This document shows, piece by piece, positions 53,560-64,000 of a DNA stretch of 64,000 nt (its first letter is position 1; each line of letters opens with the position of its first letter). Below the pieces are notes generated by a model. It saw only the letters and a list, made by a program, of their open reading frames with translations, did not search any database and was not told the origin of the DNA. The translations under genes and the position numbers were made by a program. Source of the stretch: the human T2T-CHM13v2.0 reference genome, Homo sapiens; the NCBI RefSeq assembly GCF_009914755.1, contig NC_060936.1; one strand, given 5' to 3'.

Positions 53560-56500
53560 ACAAAATAATAGTGGGAGACTTTAACACCCCACTGTCAATA
53601 TTAGACAGATCAATGAGACAGAAAATTAACAAGGTTATTCAGGACTTGAACTCAGCTCTAGATCAAGTGGACCTAGTAGACATCTACCGAAGTCTCTATC
53701 CCAAATCAACAGAATGTACATTCTTCTCAGTGCCACTTGGCCCTTATTCTAAAATCAACCACATAATTGGAAGTAAAACACTCCTCAGCAAATGAAAAAG
53801 AACTGAAATCATAACAGTCTCTCAGACCACAGTGCAATCAAATTAGAACTCAGGATTAAGAAACTCACTCAAAACCACACAATTACATGGAAACTGAACA
53901 ACCTGCTGCTGAATGACTCCTGGGTAAATAATGAAATTAAGGCAGAAATAAGGAAGTTCTTTGAAACCAATGAGAACAAAAAGACAATGTACCAGAATCT
54001 CTGGGACACAGCTAAAGCAGTGTTAAGAGGGAAATTTATAGCACTAAATGCCCATATCAGAAAGCTAGAAGGATCTCAAACTGACACCTTAACAACACAA
54101 TTAAAAGCATTAGAGAAGCAAGAGCAATGTATTCCAAAACCCAGCAGAAGATAAGAAATAACTAAGATCAGAGCAGTATTGAAGAAAATAGAGACACAAA
54201 GAACCTCCAAAGGAAAAAAAAAAAAAAAGATCAATGAATCCAGGAGCTGGTTTTTTGAAAAAATTAACAAAATAGAGCACTAGCTAGACTAATAAAGAAA
54301 AGAGATAAAAATTTAATAGACACAATAAAAAAGGTGATATCACCCCTGACCCCACAGAAATACAAACTACCATCAGAGAATACTATAAAGACCTCTATGC
54401 AAATAAACTAGAAAATCTAGAAGAAAATGATAAATTCCTGGACACATACACCCTTCCAAGACTAAAGCAAGAATAAGTCAAATACCTAAATAGACCAATA
54501 ACAAGGTCTGAAATTGAAGCAGAAATTAATAAATTTCTGGACACATACACCCTACCAAGACTAATCCAGGAATAAGGTGAATCCCTGAATAGACCAATAA
54601 CAAGCTCTGAAAATCAGGCAGTAATTAAGAGCTTCACAAAAAAAAGTCCAGGACCAGATGGATTCACAGCTGAATTCTACCAGAAATACAAAGAGGGGCT
54701 GATACCATTCCTTCTGAAACTATTCCAAACAATTGAAAAGGAAGGACTCCTGCCTGACTCATTTTATGAAGCCAGCATCAACCTGATACCAAAACCAGGA
54801 GGAGACAAAACAAAAAGAGAAAACTTCAGGCCAATATCCCTAATGAACATTAATGCAAAAATCTTCAATAAAATACTGGCAAAACAAATCCCGCAGCACA
54901 TCAAAAAATTTATCCACCATGATCAAGTCACCTTCATCCCTGGGATGAAAAGCTGGTTCAACATATATAAATCAATAAACATAGTCCATTACATAAACAG
55001 AGCCAAAGACAAAAACTACATGATTATCTCAATAGATGCAGAAAAGCCCTTTAATAAAATTCAACATCCCTTCAAGTTAAAAACTCTCAATAAACTAGGT
55101 ATTGATGGAACATATCTCATAATAGTAAGAGCCATTTATGAAAAATCCACCACCAATATCATATGGAATGGGCAAAAGCTGGAAGTATTCCCTCTGAAAA
55201 CTGGTACAAGACAAGGATGCCCTCTCTCGCCACTCCTATTCAACATAGTATTGGAAGTTCTGACCAGGGCAATCTCTTGATGCCTTTCAGATCCTTTATT
55301 TATCTTTGACTTTTGGGAGTTTGATCATTAAATGTCTTGAGATAGTCTTCTTTGGGTTAAATCTGCTTGGTGTTCTATACCCTTCTTATATTTGGATATT
55401 GATATCTTTCTCTAGTCTTGAGAAGTTCTCTGTTATTATCCCTTTGAATAAACTTTCTAACTCTCTCTCTCTACCTCCTCTTTAAAGCCAATAACTCTTA
55501 GATTTGCCCTTTTGAGGCTATTTTCTAGGTTCTGTAGGCATGCTTCCTTGTTTTTTTTTTTTTTTCTTTTGTCTCCTCTGACTGTGTATTCAATAAGAAG
55601 AGAGAAAGTCAAGATGTCTCTGTTTGCAGATGACATGGTTTTATATTTAGAAAAGCCCATCATCTCAGCCCAAACACTTCTTGAACTGATAAGCAACTTC
55701 AGCAAAGTCTCAGGATACAAAATCAGTATGTGCAAAAATCACAAGCATTCCTTTACCCCAATAGGTAAGCAGAGAGCCAAATCATGAATGAACTCCCATT
55801 CACAATCACTACAAAGAGAATAAAATACCTAGGAATACAGCTAACAAGGGATGTGAAGGACCTCTTCAAGCAGAATTACAAACCACTGCTCAAGGAAATA
55901 AGAGAGGACACAAACAAATGGAAAAACATTCTATACTCATGGATAGGAAGAATCAACATTGCAAAAATGGCCACACTGCCCAAAGTAATTTATAGGTTCA
56001 GTGCTAGTCCCTCAAACTACCATTGACATTCTTCACAGAATTAGAAAAAACTATTTTAAATTTCATGTGGAATCAGAGAAGACCCCATATAGTCAAGACA
56101 ATCCTAAGTAAAAACAACAAAGCTGGAGACATCACGCTACCTGACTTCAAACTATATTACAAGGCTACAGCAAATAAAACAACATGGTACTGGTACCAAA
56201 ACAGACATATAGACCAGTGGAGCAAAACAGAGACCATGGAAATAACACCAAACATCTACAACCATCTGTTCTCCAACAAACCTGAGAAAAACAAGCAATG
56301 GGGAAAGGATCTCCTATTCAGTAAACGGTGCTGGGAAAACTGGATAGCCATATGCAGAAAATTGAAACTGGACCCCTTCCTTATACCTTATACAAAAATT
56401 AACTCAATATGGATTAAAGACTTAAATGTAAAACCCAAAGCCATAAAAGCCCTAGAAGAAAACCTAGGCAATACCATAATTCAGGACATAGGCATGGGCA

Positions 56501-57560
56501 AAGACTTCATGAGGAAAACGCCAAAAGCAATTGCAACAAAAGTCATAATTGACAAGTGAGATCTAATTAAACTAAAGAGCTTCTGAACAGCAAAAGAAAC
56601 CATCATCAGAGTGAACAGGCAACCTACAGAATGGGAGAAAATTTTTGAAATCTACCCATCTTACAAATGTCTAATGTCCAGAATTGACAAGGAACTTAAA
56701 CATATTTACAAGAAAAAGACAAACAACCCCATCAAAAAGTGGCCAAAGGATATGAACAGACACTTCTCAAAAGAAGACATTAACACAGCCAACAAACATA
56801 TAACAAAAAGCCCGATGTCACTGACCACCAGAGAAATGCAAATCAAAATCACAAAGAGATACCATCTCACACCAGTAAGTATGGCAATTGTCAAAAAGTC
56901 AGGAAACAATAGATATTGGCAAGGCTGTGGAGAAATAGGAACACTTTTACACTGTTTTTGGGAATGTAAATTAGTACAATCATTGTGGAAGACAGTATGG
57001 TGATTCCTCAAGGATCTAGAACCAGAAATACCATTTGAACAAGCAATCTCATTACTGGGTATATACCCAGAGGATTATAAATCATTCTACTATAAAGACA
57101 CACACACGTATATGTTTATTACAGCACTATTTACAATAGCAAAGACATGGAACCAACCCAAATGACCATCAATGATAGACTGGATAAAGAAAATGTGGTA
57201 CATATACACCATGGACTACTACACAGCCATAAAAAAGAATGCTATCGTGTACTTTGTAGGGACATGGATGAAGCTGGAACCCATCATCCTCAGCAAACTA
57301 ACACAGAAACAGAAAACCAAACACCACATGTTCTCATGTGGGAGCTGAACGTTCAGAACACATGGACACAGAGAGGGGAGCAACACACACTAGGGCCTTT
57401 TGAGGTGTGGGGGGTGAGGGGAGGGAAATTAGAGGATGGGTCAATAGGTGCAGCAAACCAGCATGGCACGTGTACACCTATGTAACAAACCTGCACATTC
57501 TGCACATGTATCCTGGTTTTATTTTAGAAGAAATAAAGAAAAAATACATATAAACAAAAC
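53560..57560 (+). mobile_element. 5'-truncated L1PA8/L1PA8A-like element with internal rearrangements
   Basis: ORF2 from mid-endonuclease to end; 3'UTR ending TTTTAGAAGAAATAAAG. Confidence 0.9.
54432..54629 (+). repeat. 99-bp tandem duplication in L1 ORF2
   Basis: Two copies, about 16 mismatches by manual alignment. Confidence 0.92.
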
Positions 57561-57880
57561 TACACAGTCAGAGGAGACAAAAAAAAAAGAATAAAAAACA
57601 AGGAAGCATGCCTACAGGACCTAGAAAATAGCCTCAAAAGGGCAAATCTAAGAGTTACTGGCTTTAAAGAGGAGGTAGAGAGAGAGAAAGAGTTAGAAAG
57701 TTTATTCAAAGGGATAATAACAGAGAACTTCTCAAGACTAGAGAAAGATATCAATATCCAAACATAAGAAGGGTATAGAACACCAAGCAGATTTAACCCA
57801 AAGAAGACTATCTCAAGGCATTTAATGATCAAACTCCCAAAAGTCAAAGATAAATAAAGGATCTGAAAGGCATCAAGAGA
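55273..57880. repeat. Inverted repeat, arms 55273-55588 and 57561-57880
   Basis: Manual alignment: 4 substitutions, one 4-bp indel and A-tract differences. Confidence 0.95.
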
Positions 57881-58679
57881 AAAGAAACAAATAACATACA
57901 ATGGAACCCAATATATCTGGCAGCAGACTTTTCAGTGGAAACCTTACGGGCCAAGAGAGGGTGGCATTTAAAGTGCTGCAGGAAAAAAAATTTTACCCTA
58001 GAATACTATGTTTGGTGGAAATATCCTTCACATATGAAGGGAAAATAAAGACTTTCACAGACAAACAAAAGTTGAGGGATTTTATCAACACTGGACCTGT
58101 CCTACAAGAAATGTTCAAGAGAGTACTTCAATCAGAAAGAAAAGGATGTTAATGAGCACTAATAAATTACCTCAAGGCACAAAACTCACTGTTAATAATA
58201 TATACACATGTAATCACAGAATATTATAAAACTGTAACTGTGGTGTGTAAACTAGCCTTATATTAAGTAGAAACATAAAATGATGAACCCATCAAAAATA
58301 ATAACTACAAAAACTTTTCAAGATACAGCCAGTACAATAAGGTATAAATAGAAACAACAAAAAGTTAAAAAGCAGGGAGACCAAGTTAAGGTGTAGAGTT
58401 TTTATTAATTTTCTTTTTGCTTGCTTGTTTATTTATGCAAACAATGTTAAGTGGTTATCAGCTTAAAATAATGGGTTGTAAGATAAGATTTGTAAGCCTC
58501 ATGTTAACCTCAAATCAAAAAAATACACTGGATACATGAAAAATAAAAACCAAGAAAACGAATCATGCCACCAGAGAAAATCACCTTCACTAAAAGGAAG
58601 ACAGGAAGAAAAAAAAAAAGAAGGAAAAAAAGACCACAAAACAACCAGAAAACAAATAAAAAATGGCAGGAGTAAGTCC

Positions 58680-59528
58680 TGTAAAAGGAAAATAAATCTT
58701 GGGACCCCAAAATCATTAAGCCAAAGGGAAAACTTCAGCTGGGAACTATGTCAGGCAAACATGCCTCCCACTTTATTCCTAAATAAGAAAGCTACAAATG
58801 TAAAAGATATACATACCTTCTCACGATTTGCTGACAAGAAAATTCCTTGTGGACCTTAAGATCTTCACTCTAAAACAGTTCTGCTGAATTTTATCTTGGC
58901 AATATAAATTGATAGCTTATCTTAACAGGTTCAGGACAAAGGACAGCACTGATAGTCATCCTTCTGCTCGCCTGAGACAACTGCATATCTGATTTCTTCC
59001 TCTGTCCAATTGTTTATGTAAAAATAGAGATTCTCTGAGGCAGATTAAGGCAGAAGTGACTATCTCCTACCCCAACCCCTCACATATAAATTGTATATTC
59101 AGTGAAAAGTTGATCAAAGACTCAAAAGAATGCAACCATCTGTCTTTTATCTACCTATGACCTGGCAGCCCCCATTTCAAGTTGTCCCGCCTACCAGATT
59201 GAACCAATGTACATATTACACATATTAATTGATTAATTAACAGGTAATATTACATATTACACATATTAATTGATTAATTAACATGTAATATTACATATTA
59301 CACATATTAATTGATTACACATATTAATTGATTACACGTATTAATTAATCAATGTACCTATTACACATATCACATCTCCCAAAATATATAAAATCAAGCT
59401 GTACCACAACCACCTTGGGCATATGTCATCAGGACCTCCTGAGGCTGTGTCACGGTCATGTCTTTAACCTTGACAAAACAAACTTTATAAATTGATTGAG
59501 ACCTGTCTCAGATACTTTTGGGTTCACA
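58680..59528 (+). mobile_element. MER4-family ERV1 solo LTR
   Basis: TGTAAAAGGAAAATAAATCTTGGGACCCC start, GGGTTCACA end, perfect TSD GTCC. Confidence 0.9.
59208..59370. repeat. AT-rich quasi-palindromic minisatellite
   Basis: 41-bp and 17-bp units built on ATTACACATATTAATTG. Confidence 0.9.
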
Positions 59529-60187
59529 GTCCTTACTTATCAATAATAACACTGAATGTAAAAGGACTAAACTCTTCAATCAAAAGACACAGAGTGGCTG
59601 AATTTTTTTAAAAAAGACCCAATGATCTATTGCCTACAAGAAACACACTTTACCTGTAAAGACACACATAAACTGAAAATGAAGAGATGGAAAAAACTAT
59701 TCCATGCAAGGAAAACCAAAGAACAGGAATAGCTATACTCCTATCAGACCAAATAAATTTCAAGACAAAAACAATAAGAAGAGATAAAGGCCACTATATA
59801 ATGATAAAAGAGTCAATTCAGCAAAAGGATAAAACAATTGTAAATATATATGCACCCAACACTGGAGCACTCAGTTGTATAAAGCAAATATTATTAGAGC
59901 TAAAGAGAAAAATAGGCCCCAATACAATAATAGCTGGAGACTTCAGCACATCATTTTCAGTACTAAGCAGATCTTCCAGAGAGAAAATCAAAAAAGAAGC
60001 ATCAGACTTCATCTGCACTATAGACCAAGTGGGCCTAATAGATCCTTACAGAACATTTCATTCAGTGGCTGCTGACTACACATTTTTTCCTCAGCACATG
60101 GATTACTTTCTAGGATAAACCTTATATTAGAACACAAAATAAGTCTCAAAACATTTTTTAAAAATTGAAATAATATCAAGCATCTTT

Positions 60188-60195
60188 TTTAAGGG

Positions 60196-60240
<45 letters not shown>

Positions 60241-60393
60241 TGTGCGTGTGTGTGTGTGTGTATGAGTGCGTTTTGTAGAGACAAGGTTTCTCCATGTTGC
60301 CCAGGCCGGTCTCAAACTCCTGGGTTCAAGTGATCCATCCTCCTCACCCTCCCAAAGTGCTTGGATTACAGGTGTGAGCCACTATGCCCAGCC
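60188..60393 (-). mobile_element. Alu left arm plus (TG)n microsatellite
   Basis: Diverged TSD TAATATCAAGCATCTT/TAATATTGAGTATCTT. Confidence 0.85.
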
Positions 60394-61037
60394 TAATATT
60401 GAGTATCTTCACTGACCACAATGGAATATAACTAGAAATCATTAAGAAGAGAAATTTTGGAAACTGTACAAACTCATGGAAATTAATCAATATGCTCCTA
60501 AATGACCAGTGTGTCCATAAAGAAATTAAAAAGAAAATTTAAAAATTTCTTGAAACAAATGATAGTGGAAACACAACATAACAAAACCTATGGGACAAAG
60601 CAAAAGCAGTTCTATGAAGGAAGTTTATAGCTATAAGCACCCACATCAAAAAAGGAGGAAAAACTTCAAATAAACAGCAAAATAATGCATCATATAGAAC
60701 TAGAAAAGCAAGAGCAAACCAAACCCAAAATTAGTAGAAGAAATAATAAAGATCAGAGCAAAAATAAATAAAATTGAAATGAAGAAAACAATACAAAAGA
60801 TCAATGAAACAAAAAGTTGTTTTTTTGAAAAGATAAACAAAATTGACAAAACTTTTTAGCCAAACTCTGCAAGAAAAAAGAGAGAAGTCTCAAATAAATA
60901 AAATCAGAGTTGAAAAGGAGGACATCACAACTGATACTGAAGAAATTCAAAGGTTAATTAGGTGCTACTATGAGCAACTATATGCCAATCACCTGGAAAA
61001 TCTAAAAGAAACAGATAAATCCTTAGAAACAGACAAC

Positions 61038-61592
61038 CTACCAAGACTGATCCATGAAGAAAGTCCAAAACCTGAGCAGATCTATAACAAGTAATGAGAT
61101 CAAAGCTGTAACAAAATTTCTTCCAGTAAAGAAAAGCAAGAGGAAGCAGCCAAGATGGCCGAATAGGAACAGCTCCGGTCTACAGCTCCCAACATGAGCG
61201 ACGCAGAAGATGGGTGATTTCTGCATTTCCGTCTGAGGTACCGGGTTCATCTCACTAGGGAGTGCCAGACAGTGGGCACAGGACAGTGGGTGCAGCACAC
61301 CCTGTGTGAGCCGAAGCAGGGTGAGGCATTGCCTCACTTGGGAAGCGCAAGGGGTCAGGGAGTTCCCTTTCCTAGTCAAAGAAAGGGGTGATGGACGGCA
61401 CCTGGAAAATCGGGTCACTCCCACCCTAATACTGCACTTTTCCAACAGGCTTAAAAAACGGCACACCAGGAGATTATATCCCGCACCTGGCTCGGAGGGT
61501 CCTATGACCAAGGAGTCTCGCTGATTGCTAGCACAGCAGTCTGAGATCAAACTGCAAGGCAGCAGTGAGGCTGGGGGAGGGGTGCCCGCCAT
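61038..61592 (-). other. L1 antisense ORF0, extended to 184 aa
   Basis: MAGTPPPASLLPCSLISDCCASNQRDS matches L1 ORF0; no stop until 61038. Expression unknown. Confidence 0.7.
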
Positions 61593-64000
61593 TGCCCAAG
61601 CTTGCTTAGGTAAACAAAGCAGCCTGGAAGCGTGAACTGGGTGGAGCCCACCACAGCTCAAGAAGGCCTGCCTGCCTCTGTAGGCTCCACCTCTGGGGGC
61701 AGGGCAGAGACAAACAAAAAGACAGCAGTAACCTCTGCAGACTTAAATGTCCCTGTCTGACAGCTTTGAAGAGAGCAGTGGTTCTCCCAGCATGCAGCTG
61801 GAGATCTGAGAACGGGCAGACTGCCTCCTCAAGTGGGTCCCTGACCCCTGACTCCTGAGCAGCCTAACTGGGAGGCACCCCCCAGTAGGGGCAGACTGAC
61901 ACCTCACACGGCCGGGTACTCCTCTGAGACAAAACTTCCAGAGGAACAATCAGACAGCAGCATTCGCAGTTCATGAAAATCCACTGTTCTGCAGCCACGG
62001 CTGCTGTTACCCAGGCAAACAGGGTCTGGAGTGGACCTCTAGCAAGCTCCAACAGACCTGCAGCTGAGGGTCCTGTCTGTTAGAAGGAAAACTAACAAAC
62101 AGAAAGGACGTCCACACCAAAAACCCATCTGTATGTCACTATCATCAAAGACCAAAAGTAGATAAAACCACAAAGATGGGGAAAAAACAGAGCAGAAAAA
62201 CTGGAAACTCTAAAAAGCAGAGCGCCTCTCCTCCTCCAAAGGAACACAGTTCCTCACCAGCAACGGAACAAAGCTGGATGGAGAATGACTTTGATGAGTT
62301 GAGAGAAGAAGGCTTCAGATGATCAAACTACTACGAGCTACAGAAGGAAATTCAAAGCAAAGGCAAAGAAGTTGAAAACTTTGAAAAAAATTTAGAAGAA
62401 TGTATAACTAGAATAACCAATACAGAGAAGTGCTTAAAGGAGCTGATGGAGCTGAAAGCCAAGGCTCCAGAACTACGTGAAGAATGCAGAAGCCTCAGGA
62501 GCCGATGCGATCAACTGGAAGAAAGGGTATCAGTGATGGAAGATGAAATGAATGAAATGAAGTGAGAAGAGAAGTTTACAGAAAAAAGAATAAAAAGAAA
62601 TGAACAAAGCCTCCAAGAAATATGGGACTATGTGAAAAGACCAAATCTACGTCTGATTGGTGTACCTGAAAGTGACGGGGAGAATGGAACCAAGTTGGAA
62701 AACACTCTGCAGGATATTATCCAGGAGAACTTCCCCAATCTAGCAAGGCAGGCCAACATTCAGATTCAGGGAATACAGAGAACGCCATAAAGATACTCCT
62801 CGAGAAGAGCAACTCCAAGACACATAACTGTCAGATTCATCAAAGTTGAAATGAAGGAAAAAATGTTAAGGGCAGCCAGAGAGAAAGGTCGGGTTACCCA
62901 CAAAGGGAAGCCCATCAGACTAACAGCAGATCTCTTGGCAGAAACTCTACAAGCCAGAAGAGAGTGGGGGCCAATATTCAACATTCTTAAAGAAAAGAAT
63001 TTTCAACCCAGAATTTCATATCCAGCCAAACTAAGCTTCATAATTGAAGGAGAAATAAGATACTTTACAGACAAGCAAATGCTGAGAGATTTTGTCACCA
63101 CCAGGCCAGCCCTAAAAGAGCTCCTGAAGGAAGCACTAAACATGCAAAGGAACAACTGGTACCAGCCACTGAAAAATCACGCCAAATTGTAAAGACCATC
63201 AAGGCTAGGAAGAAACTACATCAACTAACGAGCAAAATAACCAGCTAACATCAAAATGACAGGATCAGATTCACACATAACAATATTAACTTTAAATGTA
63301 AATGGACTAAATGCTCCAATTAAAAGACACAAGACTGGCAAATTGGATAAAGAGTCAAGACCCATCAGTGTGCTGTATTCAGGAAACCCATGTCATGTGC
63401 AGAGACACACATAGGCTCAAAATAAAAGGATGGAGGAAGATCTACCAAGCAAATGGAAAACAAAAAAAGGCAGGGGTTGCAATCCTAGTCTCTGATAAAA
63501 CAGACTTTAAACCAACAAAGATCAAAAGAGACAAAGAAGGCCATTACATAATGGTAAAGGGATCAATTCAACAAGAAGAGCTAACTATCCTAAATATATA
63601 TGCACCCAATACAGGAACACCCAGTTTCATAAAGCAAGTCCTGAGTGACCTACAAAGAGACTTAGACTCCTACACATTAATAATGGGAGACTTTATCACC
63701 CCACTGTCAACATTAGACAGATCAACGAGACAGAAAGTTAACAAGGATACCCAGGAATTGAACTCAGCTCTGCACCAAGCAGACCTAATAGACATCTACA
63801 GAACTCTCCACCCCAATTCAACAGAATATACATTTTTTTCAGCACCACACCACACCTATTCCAAAATTGACCACATAGTTGGAAGTAAAGCTCTCCTCAG
63901 CAAATGTAAAAGAATAGAAATTATAACAAACTGTCTCTCAGACCACAGTGCAATCAAAATAGAACTCAGGATTAAGAAACTCACTCAAAACCTCTCAACT
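61140..64000 (+). mobile_element. L1PA3-like element, 5' part (runs off the window); ORF1 disrupted
   Basis: 5'UTR with GCCAAGATGGCCG YY1 site; ORF1 ATG 62176 with in-frame TGA near 62320; ORF2 start about 63256. Confidence 0.93.

Larger units (their letters stand above)
52263..61139 (+). mobile_element. Host L1 (L1M1/L1MA-like 5' end, ORF1 3' half, ORF2 5' part) fragmented by nested insertions
   Basis: 5'UTR 52263-53559; ORF1 remnant 57561-58152 (FYPRILCLVEISF); ORF2 EN remnant 59687-60118. Confidence 0.85.

Noticed and set aside
59208-59370. CRISPR-like array
   Set aside because: No unique spacers, eukaryotic context; it is a minisatellite.

Overview
Primate, almost certainly human, genomic DNA from the PLCZ1/CAPZA3 locus (recognised as chr12p12). 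The only genic part is about 12.1-15.1 kb. It holds the first three exons of the sperm oocyte-activation gene PLCZ1 (minus strand, missed by the ORF track) head-to-head with the intronless testis gene CAPZA3 (plus strand, 299 aa). PLCZ1 intron 2 reads as a minor-spliceosome AT-AC intron. Bases 1-12128 are PLCZ1 intron 3. The rest is mostly intergenic and dense in transposable elements: Alus, MIR/L2, solo LTRs (one triple-nested), Charlie, Tigger1 and MER47 DNA-transposon fossils, a full-length L1PA7-like element, a 5'-inverted L1, and a 12-kb nested stack at 52-64 kb. The most unusual structure is an old L1PA8A-like insertion carrying, in mid-ORF2, a near-identical inverted copy of the 320 bp just beyond its own tail. 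Also notable is an L1PA3-like 5'UTR whose antisense ORF0 stays open for 184 codons and reads out of the element. I found no evidence for a new protein-coding system. Repeat subfamily names are recalled from consensus sequences and need RepeatMasker/Dfam confirmation.
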